Assembly (NCBI GenBank): GCA_963921275.4
Contig: OZ001293.3
Coordinates: 6,720,001-6,784,000, forward strand
From: an uncultured Hormoscilla sp.
Lineage (GTDB): Bacteria; Cyanobacteriota; Cyanobacteriia; Cyanobacteriales; Desertifilaceae
Length of the DNA stretch: 64,000 nucleotides
Direction: 5' to 3'
Shown here: positions 12,556-23,257 of the stretch, piece by piece
Position numbering within the stretch: the first letter of the stretch is position 1
Layout: the number at the start of each line of letters is the position of its first letter
Notes under the pieces: generated by a model
Seen by the model: the letters and a program-made list of their open reading frames with translations, nothing else
Database searches by the model: none
Told to the model about the DNA's origin: nothing
Translations under genes and position numbers: made by a program

Positions 12556-13797
12556 TATCTTTATAAATCTGCTTCGCAATTATTAAATTGCCATTTGGAG
12601 AAACATGACAAAAGTCAATGTAGATGTACTCATCACTCGAAAACATATCTGTATAATCTACTATCCACTTATGTCCGCGCTTTCGCATAATATCTTTAAT
12701 AAGTGGATACACGGTTTTATACTGCAATTCCCTTTCATTATCCCATTGATTGAACTTTAAATGAGCTAATTTTGGGTTGCCAACATAGGCAACTGGCTGC
12801 AATATCGCCAAAAACTTGATGCCCTTTGCTTCTGCTATAGCATGAGCTATTTCCCAGTAGTTAACAATTGACTCTGCCACCCTTTGAGCCCGTTCCTTCG
12901 AGTTGTCGCAGACAAAATAATCATCAACATAACGTTTTATCGGTATTGATTCGCCTTCACGTTTCACAGTCTGAAAACTAACTAGATCGTTTTTGACCTT
13001 TCCAGCTAAGCTTCTCGTACCAAACAAGAAAACAAAATCAAGGTATTGTAAAAATTACCTCCCATTCAATGATAGCTTTATCTTCTCGTTTGTTAGATAA
13101 TTATCGGCTACTTTTTTATCATCTTTTGCCCCTTCTAATTTTTTACCCATTCGTCTCCTAAAAAATGCCGTTTCCCATGTTCGCCCACACCAATATCTGC
13201 TCTACAACTATAGTTTACATCGTTAACCCCATCGTAAAATATAGCAATATCAATTTCTTCTCCCCGAGCTAAAATATTAACTAATCGAGCGAGGCTTTGA
13301 CGGCTATTAAAGCCTCGCTCTCCCTTGTTGTAAGACGGCATTCCTGAAATTGAATTAAACAAAGCAGGAATAGTGCTATTGTCTGACGCGCCTAGACCCC
13401 ACATAGTCGAGCCCCCGAAAAAGTAAACTGATTTATTGCTCTTATCTACAAGAACATTCTCATGCAGCCTATCTCCATTATTGTCGATAGTAATTGTTTT
13501 GCCTTGAAAAGGTTGAGAAGTCCAAGCAATATATGGTTCGTATGACGAATTAAACTGCCCGTCCTCCTTGAAATAAACCTTCATAAATTCTCTATTATTA
13601 TCATAATTCGGGAGAACGTATAAATTTGCATATCTACCCGGTCCATTATCATACAGCTCTTCAGTATTGCCCTTGACGAACAACATTCTTATTTCTTCGT
13701 TCGCAAATAGTACGGCGCTACTCAAAAAATTGATACTTGCAATAAATATAACAGTTAAAGCTATATTTATCAATACTAAACGAATCTTGTCTTTCAT
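12536..13797 (-). pseudogene. SGNH/GDSL hydrolase-like membrane-anchored protein, split in two ORFs
   Basis: N-terminal TM; FFGGSTMWG, FYDGVND in 13135-13797; LQP and DFCHVSPNGN in 12536-13027. Confidence 0.75.
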
Positions 13798-13842
13798 TTT
13801 TTCATTGCTCCCAACCAGCCTAATTTTCGTTACTTAATTTTT

Positions 13843-13988
13843 GTTACACAATTCCGGGATGATAAGGGTTGCTAATTGCTAATTGTCAATAGTAAATTGA
13901 AATAGTCATAAATAGCCATAGATGGATGTCTGAACGATTTTCAATTTTCAACCATTGACTGCTATCATCCCCAAAATGTGCAACGCCA
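13843..13988. mobile_element. Degenerate MITE of the 10043 family
   Basis: GTTACACAATTCCGGGATGATA ... TATCATCCCCAAAATGTGCAACGCCA imperfect TIRs enclosing heptamer repeats. Confidence 0.5.
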
Positions 13989-14046
13989 ATTTTTCTATGT
14001 TACCACCTCTAAGCAGTCCTGGCAAGAAGCGGGAATCAGCCTAAAA

Positions 14047-14925
14047 TTATTTGAAAGAAGACGTCTGTTTATTGATGCCTTCTGGCTTGCTTTCTTTCCG
14101 TTCAAAGCCTAAAAAATGTTCTTTAATCTCCTTGCTCTTCTGCATTATTTTACGATCGCCCGTGTCTGCTGCAATCCGTTCCAACCAATCATAAATTAAA
14201 GCTGGGTTTACCTCTTTACTAAAGGATATTTTGCTTAAAATCGTTACGATTTCTTTAATGTTGCGATCGCTGATAATTCTGCTCAGACTATAAATATCGC
14301 TTATATCCTCATAAGTTAGAAATTTTCGAGCGATCGCCATTGGTTTTGTTTTTGGTATTGTCGTTGATTTATCCTTAAATAAATTTTGGATTGGTATATC
14401 AGAATCAAAATCCAAAATTAAGTGAAGGCGGGAGTCTGAGGACAAGTTAATTACGCTATGAACGAGGCTTCCGTCATGTAGCCAAATTTCCCCAAATCTC
14501 ATGTGATAGACACTTATTTCATTTAGATAAAGTGCATCGGGATTAGTTTTAAGGGGTATATGAATGCGCGTTAAACAATTTTCTAATTCGAGGTAGTCTC
14601 TATGAGGAAGTAAACACGATCCCTCCCTAAGGTCAAAAATGCGAGCGAATTTCATCCACTCTAAGAAAAATGTATCTTCAACTACCTTCCTAATATGTGA
14701 AAGTTCCTTGTCCAATTTTGTTAACTGAGCTGCACCTACATAATCGGAATATTGACCATCTTGGGCATTTCCTTCGCGATTCCACAAGGGATATACTTCT
14801 AACAAACCAACTTCTTTTATGCTAAATCCAACATAGCCTTGTATAGTTTTAAGCCAGTTAAGATCTTTTTCTAAAAGAGTCAAATCAAACTTATTACCAA
14901 TCCAACCTATGATTTCAGTCTTCAT
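14047..14925 (-). CDS. Fe(II)/2OG dioxygenase of the aspartyl/asparaginyl beta-hydroxylase fold, resembling L-proline cis-hydroxylases
   Basis: ARIF...LLPHRDYLEL...RIHIPLKTN...HMRFGEIW...HSVIN...RLHLILDF plus a helical C-terminal domain. Confidence 0.8.
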   Translation of the reverse strand: MKTEIIGWIGNKFDLTLLEKDLNWLKTIQGYVGFSIKEVGLLEVYPLWNREGNAQDGQYSDYVGAAQLTKLDKELSHIRKVVEDTFFLEWMKFARIFDLREGSCLLPHRDYLELENCLTRIHIPLKTNPDALYLNEISVYHMRFGEIWLHDGSLVHSVINLSSDSRLHLILDFDSDIPIQNLFKDKSTTIPKTKPMAIARKFLTYEDISDIYSLSRIISDRNIKEIVTILSKISFSKEVNPALIYDWLERIAADTGDRKIMQKSKEIKEHFLGFERKESKPEGINKQTSSFK

Positions 14926-14966
14926 CTTAATCTTAGCGTTGATTATCTAATTTTTTTTTTCGAGTA

Positions 14967-15057
14967 AGTAACTGGACTTACTTATTTACACCGTGAATTC
15001 TGAGTGGCAAAGGCTTTCTCAGAATAATTTTATGGTAAGTAATTTAGTCCAGTTACT
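14967..15057. mobile_element. About 90-bp MITE flanked by TA (IS630-like)
   Basis: TA-AGTAACTGGACT ... AGTCCAGTTACT-TA perfect TIR with TA flanks; family assignment inferred from the TA target. Confidence 0.6.
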
Positions 15058-15068
15058 TAAACCTCGGA

Positions 15069-15347
15069 TCAAGCAAAGTTTGGGTAATGTATCCAGCAAA
15101 CGCGACTGACTGTCTTGCCATGATTGCTCGCGGTGTGAGGTTCTTTAGCTGGAACCATAATTTCCTGACCAATATTAAGCTGAGAAACCTTACCTTGGCA
15201 AGAAACTTCCATTTGTCCCTCTAAGAGAACGAAAAATTCATCAGTTTTATGACCTGGATCTGACCAAGCATCTCCGGGAGATAACTCCCAGACTTCACAA
15301 ATCATTCCTCGCTCTTCCCACTTTTTCTTTATTTTTTCTGCGTCCAT
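15069..15347 (-). CDS. Cupin domain protein
   Basis: PGD...HKTDEFFVLLEG...VPAKEPHTASN cupin motifs. Confidence 0.85.
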   Translation of the reverse strand: MDAEKIKKKWEERGMICEVWELSPGDAWSDPGHKTDEFFVLLEGQMEVSCQGKVSQLNIGQEIMVPAKEPHTASNHGKTVSRVCWIHYPNFA

Positions 15348-15383
15348 TTTTATCCCCGATTGTAACTATTTGAGTGAATAGAG

Positions 15384-16139
15384 CTAACTACCGTTATGCT
15401 TTCCAACTATTTTGAGTATGGAATTCCAATTTTTGGAAGCATTATAACCGTACATATCCTGGTAATAAGCATCAACCACATACTCATCTTGATGCTTCAT
15501 TAACCATTGTCTCAAGTCATCCATTTTGCGAGCACCCCGCCCGATTAACTCCCGGTCTTCCCAATCAGACCATACTTCCCACATAAATTTATTTGTGTCT
15601 TCAATAATCAGGTAATCTCCAGTTTGCAGGCCATTGTGATGAAAATGATCGAGGATACCAACTAGATTATCATGAACGTCCTCTATAACTAACCAGGGAT
15701 GAGGCATATTAGAAAGCAATTGAGTCGGTAAAACAGCGCTTATTTCTCGACAATCTCCTTCTAAAAAATGAATTCTAGAGTCTGCTTTGGCTTTTTCATC
15801 AAGCTGAGAAAGGTCGCTATCTACACAGTAGATCTCGCCTTCGATCCCAAACTGTTGCAAATGATCTGCTAGCCAAATCGCACTTCCTCTCTTCAGGGCA
15901 CCCAGTTCAATAATGGTTTTGGGTTGCAATTCCCCCAGCAGCATAGGGTAGGCTGCTATTTGCATCGGGTCTTTTTCCAAAAGTACCCCTTTCCACGTTT
16001 GCAAATAGGCATTTTCAGTAAGAGGTCTCCAAGCCGACTTAGGAATATCGCATCTATCTTCTCGGTCAGATATTTTGACAAACCGATTATCTTTTCCCTC
16101 GACTCTCTCGACATTTTGATTGTCTTTTAGTGCCTTCAT
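15384..16139 (-). CDS. CmcI-like (cephalosporin hydroxylase family) methyltransferase
   Basis: WKG...KDP...YPMLLGELQPKTIIELG...GSAIWLAD...LVIED...GDYLIIEDT; 4-bp overlap with the upstream methyltransferase. Confidence 0.8.
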   Translation of the reverse strand: MKALKDNQNVERVEGKDNRFVKISDREDRCDIPKSAWRPLTENAYLQTWKGVLLEKDPMQIAAYPMLLGELQPKTIIELGALKRGSAIWLADHLQQFGIEGEIYCVDSDLSQLDEKAKADSRIHFLEGDCREISAVLPTQLLSNMPHPWLVIEDVHDNLVGILDHFHHNGLQTGDYLIIEDTNKFMWEVWSDWEDRELIGRGARKMDDLRQWLMKHQDEYVVDAYYQDMYGYNASKNWNSILKIVGKHNGS

Positions 16140-16765
16140 AGCGATCGCTCTTTTCTAAACGTCAAAATATAGATCGCATCTTGCTCTACGAGCCCAAGCT
16201 CATCTTGACTGAGCCAACTCCAAGGCAGTTTATCCAATGCTTCTTGCATCTGGTTGCGGTAGTCTCTCCGTATGGTCATCACCAGAATGCCGTCTGGCTT
16301 TAAAAAACCGAACAGGCTGTGCAAAACAGCAACCCCAGCATGGGCCAATGCAAATACGCCTGTCGCTAGTATAGCATCAAAGGTCTCTTTGGCAAAGGCT
16401 TGAGAGTCTTCCAGATTACACTGGTACAATTCCTTGTAAACTTGTTTCTTCTTAGCAACTGCCAACATCTCGCGGGAGAGGTCGGCCGCGACAACATTAG
16501 TATATCCTAACTTAGCCAAGGCTTCGCCCAATAATCCAGTACCCGCCCCTGCATCTAGGATCGAGGCATCCAATTCTGGCAACACTTTGGATAAAGCTAC
16601 AGCAGCTTTCTCTGGCATACAACGCCAATCATCCTCTACATCGCGATCGTAGCTATTTGCCCAGATATCATACTTATCTGACAACTCTGAAGTCGTTTTG
16701 CTATCGCATATCCATGATAGCCACTCTCTTTTCTTCTCTCGATCTGGGACGCGAGCTTTTGTCAT
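16136..16765 (-). CDS. Class I SAM-dependent methyltransferase
   Basis: YDIWANSYD, ILDAGAGTGLLG, ADLSREMLAVA. Confidence 0.9.
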   Translation of the reverse strand: MTKARVPDREKKREWLSWICDSKTTSELSDKYDIWANSYDRDVEDDWRCMPEKAAVALSKVLPELDASILDAGAGTGLLGEALAKLGYTNVVAADLSREMLAVAKKKQVYKELYQCNLEDSQAFAKETFDAILATGVFALAHAGVAVLHSLFGFLKPDGILVMTIRRDYRNQMQEALDKLPWSWLSQDELGLVEQDAIYILTFRKERSL

Positions 16766-16990
16766 TTTAGCCTTCGATATCCTCTACTACGGTATCTGGC
16801 GGGAGCATGCAATTTTGCAGCCCCCAGCTTATGCGATCGCCAGGGATAGCGGCGTATCGTTATAAAAATTGAGACCATCCCTATCTGACTCTATCCTTTG
16901 CCGGTGCCAGTTAGCTACTCCTTGTTCATCACTCCTTCGTCGTTTTCATCGTTACCATACCGAGTTTTTCCTAAAAAATAACAATGTCTA

Positions 16991-18039
16991 TTAGGTAGGC
17001 CACAGTCTCGGACAAAAAGTGGGATCTCTGTAATCCGGACTGCCATCACTCAATCTACGGCATAGCATATCGTTCGTGTGATAAATCAGGTTATTTTGTT
17101 CGTCATAAACCTTACGGTAATGATTCGCTTTATCTTGGATAAATAGAACAACAGCTAGGCGCGGACGCTCGGAAACATTTGGCCCGGTGTAATGAAAAAC
17201 CTGTGAATCTATAAAGCAACACTGACCTTTCTTAAGGCGAGTCTGCGCTACTTTTAAATGCTCGCCAGCCATTAGCTGCTTATCTAACTCGCTAAAGTCA
17301 TCGCAAATAAAGTTTTTCCCCTCTCTCAAACCATTCATACGATCATCATCTTGCTTTAAGTGACTTCCTTCAAGAAAGCTGGGCGTTCCCATAGTTTCAT
17401 CGCTATCTTGAAGCGGAATCCAAGCAGCTAACATTTTTTCTGACGTACATGTCTTAAAATAGGCTATATCTGTATGTTAACCAATAGTCTCTTTCTCTTG
17501 ACGGTCCCGATCTTGAGGTAATTTGCATATAAGAGAGCTATTAAACATTCTAATTTCATCGCTGCCTGCCAGAAGGGCCGCACAAGCGCCCAGTAATGGA
17601 TTCTTCATTAATTTGCGAATTTGATAATTATAACTCAAGTTGCGACCTACAGAACCTCAACCCCAAAATTAGGTCGGCAAAATTAGCTAAAATTACCTTG
17701 TGATTTACCCAAAAAAGGCATAGTTTTGAATTTTTTTAGCAAAAATGTTGTCTCAGATGTCAAAATTTTTATAGGTAGCAACTTAGGTTAATTATAGTGC
17801 GCTATGTAGGTATCAACTCTAAGGTTATCTCCTTTCCAATCTGACAAATGGGGTTTTACCTTTTCAGGCAAATCTGCATCAAGTTCTCCTTTGTAATAAC
17901 GTTTTACCCCTAACAAAGCTTTTTCTATTTCATATTCTGATAAGATTGTTTTTGTTATGTACCATCCTTTTTGCTTATACTCCTCTATTTCTTCTGGAGT
18001 TGGAAGCAATGCAATTTGTTCGTCAGTCAAGTTATCCAT
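16991..18039 (-). pseudogene. Phytanoyl-CoA dioxygenase (PhyH) family enzyme disrupted by a MITE and an in-frame TAA
   Basis: Removing the MITE plus one TSD copy gives ...AHYNYQIRKLMKNP...ETIG*HTDIAYF...AWIPL...EGSH...HYTGPN; stop at 17477-17479 just before the HxD motif. Confidence 0.85.
17633..17788. mobile_element. 156-bp MITE with the ends of the IS982-family element at 45614
   Basis: Ends ACTCAAGTTGCGACCTA / TAGGTAGCAACTTAGGT; 8-bp TSD TAATTATA. Confidence 0.88.
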
Positions 18040-18042
18040 CCT

Positions 18043-19392
18043 TCACTCCCTGCTATTTCCCAAAAATCCACAGTCAATAACGTCAATCACTCTATTATAC
18101 TCTACATTTTTTAGATGCCAGTTAGTTATTTCTTCCCCCGGTATCAAAATCGGACTCCCTGGGGGCAGTTTCGTTAAGCAGCTACAACTTATCTTGCCTA
18201 AAGCTCTATCTATCGGCAATCTTTCCTTAGAGGCAAAAAACGCCTCTCTTGGCAACCTTCTCATCACCGGCTTCCGACAATAGTCTAATTCCACCTCTGG
18301 ACGCTTTGGTTTTGGCAAGATTATTTTTTGTATCTCTTTCAGCGCTCTCGCTACATATTCAAAATCCTCCTCTGTATGTTGAAAGGAAAAGATCGCTAAC
18401 GCGCCCTTTTCATCAGCATATTCGTCATCTATACCCCTTGAGTACAACAGATGCTCGATTTCTTTTCCCGAAGCCCGATCACTCTCCAGAAACAGCTTCA
18501 GCGGATCTCGCACTCCCTCATTATAACTTAACACCTCCCCGAAATTCCGAATCTGCTTTCTCAGTTGATCGCAATTTCTGGCCGCTTTTACAAACTCCGA
18601 TCTCCCCTCCTGGCCAAAGGCCGTATATATCGAGTCTTCGATACTCAATATTAACAGATTACTGCGAGTTGTGGTTTCAAACAGCGACAAAGCTGTCTGC
18701 ACTTCTTCTTTTGTCACCTGGGACTCTGCCTGCAGATGGAGTAAAGCAGTTTGGACTAAACTACCCGCATATTTGTGCAGACTGTGAACCACCACATCAG
18801 CTCCTTCTTCCAGCACTGAGTCCAACTCTGGCGATATAAAGGGAAAGTGAGTGCCATGGGCCTCGTCCACCACCAATTCTATCTTTCTGGCGCGACAATA
18901 TGCAACTATTTTGCCGACATCTGTGACTCTACCATCATAACTGGGATGTGTCAAGATTACAGAAGTAACATCTTTTCCTTCCCCCTCCAATGCCGCTATC
19001 ACTTCTGCCGCCGTTGGCATTACTTCCTGCGACTGGATGAAAAACGGCTCCAAACCCGACAGCACCAGTCCGTTAATTACCGCTGCATGGCTGTTCAACC
19101 CCAGGGCCACTCGACGATGCTTCCTGGCCAACAGGGCGCAGACCACCAACATTCCTTGGGTCGCTCCTCCAGTCAGAAAGAAGGTCTGTTTAGTATTGTA
19201 CAACTGCGATAAATTTTTCTCCACACCCTCCGTTCTGCTGCGGTTGAGCCAAGTAAAATCTAACCCATATATTTGGTCCTCAAAGTATTGAGTTTTCCCC
19301 GATCGTCCCTGATGCGCCGGCGTACACAGGCGCACCTTCATCCCATCGGCGCGCGATTTGATTATCTCATAGGCAGGGGATTTAGTATTCAT
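18043..19392 (-). CDS. PLP-dependent Orn/Lys/Arg decarboxylase family protein
   Basis: LCTPAHQG, FLTGGATQG, THPSYDG, VVDEAHG, VHSLHK, PPGSPILIPGE. Confidence 0.88.
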   Translation of the reverse strand: MNTKSPAYEIIKSRADGMKVRLCTPAHQGRSGKTQYFEDQIYGLDFTWLNRSRTEGVEKNLSQLYNTKQTFFLTGGATQGMLVVCALLARKHRRVALGLNSHAAVINGLVLSGLEPFFIQSQEVMPTAAEVIAALEGEGKDVTSVILTHPSYDGRVTDVGKIVAYCRARKIELVVDEAHGTHFPFISPELDSVLEEGADVVVHSLHKYAGSLVQTALLHLQAESQVTKEEVQTALSLFETTTRSNLLILSIEDSIYTAFGQEGRSEFVKAARNCDQLRKQIRNFGEVLSYNEGVRDPLKLFLESDRASGKEIEHLLYSRGIDDEYADEKGALAIFSFQHTEEDFEYVARALKEIQKIILPKPKRPEVELDYCRKPVMRRLPREAFFASKERLPIDRALGKISCSCLTKLPPGSPILIPGEEITNWHLKNVEYNRVIDVIDCGFLGNSRE

Positions 19393-20515
19393 ACCCCTCG
19401 CTTTCCTTTAGAAAAATGGGAGCCAGTTGGGCCATTGGACGCTGGGTTGTTTCCGGCACTATCCCATTTCGCAACGCCAGCAGCATCCCGGCAGCTTCCA
19501 TATAGCTGTTTACATAATATATCTTCCTGCCGTCATGGTCAATCTTCAACAGTGCTGGCGTAATCTTGTACTGGGTCGGATTCTTCACCAGTATTATCGG
19601 GATGTTCTGATCCAAACTAGCAAAGAAGGGAATGTTCCCCACCGTCGTTTCTGGCCTCACCACTGCCGATATATTCTCCACTCCCAGTCGCTGACTGCCC
19701 TCCGGCACCGCTGCCGACACTGGCACCGGACGCGGAGAATAAGTCAACCCCTTCAACGGAGAACATAGGTAAGAGCTAGAGATCAATTCTGCTCCATCCC
19801 GCGGATCTACCAGCTTGCCAAACCCCGTATGTTCCCACTCTAATAATAAGGGAGCGTGGGCCGCTGTAAATGGATAAAAATTCGTGAGCATGTGGGTGAG
19901 GATTGCTTCTGCTCCTCCCCAAGGATTGGGAATCGCATCTCCTTTATAATAACGCTGTCGTATCGCATCGTCAACCATCAGGGTTGTCATCAGGGCCACC
20001 GCTGTAGCTGAGCTTCTTTCGACCACATCCAGGGCCCGCATCAATTCGTCTATGCCCTTATATTCCCCTGACGCATTCCCGTATTGGGAATAGGTACAGG
20101 TTGTTTCTATTTTTCCGCTTGTCACTATCACCGGTTCTACCTGAACCCCTCCCACGGTTCGCAACCCATTGAGAGCGTTGAGGACATTATTCAAGAATCT
20201 TTCGTCTCTGGGCTTTTCTATAATTGCGGCCACGTTTTTCCGTTGTTCGGGAATCACCGCCAGATTCCCCAATAGCAACTGGCAAATTAAGTTCCCTTCC
20301 AGGTAAAGAACGTTTTCATGAGCATAATACAGGTCTGAGGCCGTGACTGCATTCGGATTTGTCACTAAGTAGTCGCAGGCCGTGGCCAAAAGATTGGTAC
20401 TGGGGGTGCCATCGCCGGCGAATCCCCCGATTTCCGCCCGCACCCCTGTGGGGATAATGCTGACTGCCACAAAGGGTTTCGTCGCCGCCTCTTGCCGGAC
20501 GTTCATATCCAGCAA
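19382..20515 (-). CDS. DUF3326 domain protein (may have a decayed N-terminal extension to about 20715)
   Basis: IIPTGVRAEIGGFAGDGTP...TNPNAV...YLEG, WGGAEAILTH, AAHAP, SYMEAAG. Confidence 0.75.
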   Translation of the reverse strand: MLDMNVRQEAATKPFVAVSIIPTGVRAEIGGFAGDGTPSTNLLATACDYLVTNPNAVTASDLYYAHENVLYLEGNLICQLLLGNLAVIPEQRKNVAAIIEKPRDERFLNNVLNALNGLRTVGGVQVEPVIVTSGKIETTCTYSQYGNASGEYKGIDELMRALDVVERSSATAVALMTTLMVDDAIRQRYYKGDAIPNPWGGAEAILTHMLTNFYPFTAAHAPLLLEWEHTGFGKLVDPRDGAELISSSYLCSPLKGLTYSPRPVPVSAAVPEGSQRLGVENISAVVRPETTVGNIPFFASLDQNIPIILVKNPTQYKITPALLKIDHDGRKIYYVNSYMEAAGMLLALRNGIVPETTQRPMAQLAPIFLKESEGYEY

Positions 20516-20757
20516 TGAGGGCCATACTGGCGGTTTTGAGGTTTGAATAAAGCTACATTAAAATGTGAGCCGGTTGTCCGATACTGAGGTTAATATCAGT
20601 CTGATGGGAACTCCCGGTAGGGGCAGTTCCCCAATCTTGGGACCAATGAACCGCCAACTCCGCTCTTGGGGCGGACAGTCTATTTGCAAATCTTTGGTAA
20701 AAACTTCTGACACTCAGCCAGCTCCCTGATTTATGGCATTTTCATAAATCACTAGAC

Positions 20758-20909
20758 AGTGCGAAGTTCTAATGTAACTGCTTGTCATAAGCGGGTTTGG
20801 GCCCGATGGACCGACTAGAGGCAATCACCAGGAGCATACGGGCTGTAAGCCCCTCCCGGCAATGGTTTCAGCTTTTATAGTATGTCTTGTTTGAGGAGAA
20901 CTTTGCACT
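20758..20909. mobile_element. Possible MITE
   Basis: AGTGCGAAGTTCT ... AGAACTTTGCACT, 12/13 inverted match; no clear TSD. Confidence 0.4.
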
Positions 20910-20915
20910 CTCCAG

Positions 20916-21006
20916 TAAATAACCTTCACTATCTTAACCCCCTCGGAACTCAACTAACAATGATTTATGTTAATTTATGTTAACAATTGTTAGCTTGTAG
21001 GTTCTG
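20916..21006 (+). repeat. 91-bp imperfect direct repeat, copy 1 (copy 2 at 24949-25039)
   Basis: ACCTTCACTATCTTAACCCCCTC...TGTTAATTTATGTTAACAATT...AGCTTGTAGGTTCTG in both. Confidence 0.85.
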
Positions 21007-21068
21007 TTGGAGTTTAGACTAATTGCTATCAGGCACATGAATGGGCGGGCATGGTAAAATTGCTCACC

Positions 21069-21193
21069 GGTTCAGTCCAATTAAAAATATCGCCTGAAAC
21101 CCTCACCCAGTAAGGGATATAGCCCTTTTAGCTCAGATTGCCTAAACCCCTTCCCTGTCAGGGTTTCAGCAGTTTGATTAATCAAACTGAACC
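21069..21193. mobile_element. Possible MITE
   Basis: GGTTCAGTCCAATTAA ... TTAATCAAACTGAACC imperfect TIR, internal CTGAAACCCT/AGGGTTTCAG inverted pair. Confidence 0.45.
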
Positions 21194-21522
21194 AGTGCCG
21201 GTGCTGGCGGCGGCTTGAGAGGGGATTTATAAAAAAAGATTAAGAAAAACAAAAGGTAGGACAATCCGATGACATATTAAGAGTATATTGGTTGTGAGTG
21301 AGCGCATTCCGAGCGCGAAGCCTGGCGCCAGCCATGCAGAAGCTATCCGACAGACCGGTTGCGACGAGCAGTCGGTCCTAATGGAACCCCTACTGCTAGC
21401 AGTGGCCATTCCACCTCTGGGGTCGGAGAAGAGATATGGCGTCAATGTTATTGAGGCCAAAGTTAATTGAGGGCCTGTAGTAATTGTAATGTTGTAATTC
21501 ATTTTTTGAATATTTGATCGCG

Positions 21523-23224
21523 ATGAAAATTTCGGAAAAACAATTAAAAAATTACCATAAAAATGGCTTTTTGATTTTAGAAAATTACCTATCAAAAGCA
21601 GAAATAGATATCATCAAAACAGCAGCGGGTAAAAGACTTGAGGAGGACACATACCAGAGAGTTTTAGAAAAAAGTGGAGACACAAAATCGTACCTGGGGA
21701 TACATAAAGCTAATAAAGTGACGGATTGCTTAGGACGGCTTCCTCGACTGGTCGAGCCAGCGAAACAAATTTTAGAGAGTGACGTTTATGTCCATCAATC
21801 TAAGTTGAACCCCAAGGTTGCTTTGCAAGGCGAGCAACTAGAATGGCATACGGATTTCTGGTACTGGCAGAGAGAGGATGGTATGCCAACGCCTCGGGCA
21901 GTCACTGCTGGGATTTTCTTGGATAACGTCAATGAGTTTGTGCGATTCGTTCTAGCCTAACGTGGTCAAACACGGAACGCTAGCCCGGTTTCATTAGCCG
22001 GGAACTCTGACCGCATGGGGGTTAAATTCCCCTCCCCCCAGGTACGGGGGTGACACCGGTCCTCGGTGCTACGAAGCGACATCATCGTGGTGCTAAGCGA
22101 GGACTCAAATGTAGGATAACTGGCAGCCTAAGCCGGTGACGCCGCTAGGAAAGATATCCAAGGTTAGAGCAGGCAAACATGTGCAAGCCTCGTTATAAGG
22201 AACCAGCGAAATAAGGCTATATGCGCTGGCCTAAAAAGGAAATGGTAGCTAGTATTAGTTTTAGACTCTGGCTAATATAGTACTCAAATAGCTCCCGGGG
22301 TATAGTGTGGACCTAAAGGTATCGCGAAATGTTGTTAGGGAACGAAGTAACCTCTCGTGTGCTGTCCATCAGGACAAGTTAGATGTTAAGCGCAAGCCAC
22401 GGGGGGAGGGATGGCCCAAGAAGCGAATGCCCGGGGTAATTCCTGGGATAACATCTACAGTAATGTAGATGATGCTGGGTAGCCAGCGCTGACGTGGGTC
22501 GGTGATACTAGGAAGCTGCTGGAATGAGTAATCCTAAAAAGCCACGGAACTAATCCGAAACGCAAGTGGAGGATAAGGTATGGATAACTGGTAAAACTGA
22601 CTTGAAAATGGTGATACTAACGGTTATCAGAACAACCACTCGCTAAACCAGGAAAGGGAAGAAAAGACAGGCGGCAAGGGCTAACGGAAGTAATTCCTAT
22701 TAAGTCTACCTATGAAAAGGGCCTAGTACCCAGTAGCCGGATGCGGTGAAAATCGCAAGTCCGGTTCCTCAAGGGAGGGTCGGGAAGCGATTCCCGGCTC
22801 GACCCCATCCAATGGTCCAATGCTAATAATTCCGGGTTCTCATAACCAGTCAGCTCAATTAGAAGGCAACAACCCGTCTTCTTTGAGGGCAGAGAGCAGC
22901 TCCGAACGGGACGAAAAAGAACCTTTTTGGATGCAGTCAGTGATTCCAAAATACCCAATAGATAAGGATGCTCTTGCTAGAGTTATTGCCGAGTGCGGCA
23001 TTGTCTCGGTCAAGGGAACAGCCGGATTGGTTATATTCTTCCACAGTTGCGTGCTGCACGCAGCATTGTGCAATATGTCGCCGTGGGATCGATATGCTAT
23101 TTTTATTAGCTATAACAGTATTGAGAATAGTCTTATCAAGGCTGGAAGACCTCGTCCGGCATTCATCGCAGAATCTGAATTCAGTCCTATAGTCACAGTG
23201 TCGGATAGAGCTTTGTTAGAATAA
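21523..23224 (+). CDS. PhyH-family Fe/2OG dioxygenase (L-proline trans-4-hydroxylase/EctD-like) with a group II intron; exons 21523-21939 and 22811-23224 (about 276 aa)
   Basis: VYVHQSKLNPK...WHTDFWYWQREDGMP; splicing restores IFLDNVNEF|NGPMLIIPGSH; second His in FFHSCVLH. Confidence 0.9.
21940..22810 (+). mobile_element. ORF-less group II intron, copy 3 (871 nt)
   Basis: GTGCG start; candidate EBS1 loop AGACTC 22263-22268; domain V 22734-22767; domain VI to ...GACCCCATCC. Confidence 0.95.
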
Positions 23225-23257
23225 AGGTAAAGTCGATCGAGGTGCAATTTATTTCTC

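Noticed and set aside
22565..22750. GGAGG plus ATG GAT AAC TGG TAA and an open stretch of about 40 codons ending SRMR* in intron domain IV
   Set aside because: Too short and no RT or maturase motif; at most a relic of the lost ORF
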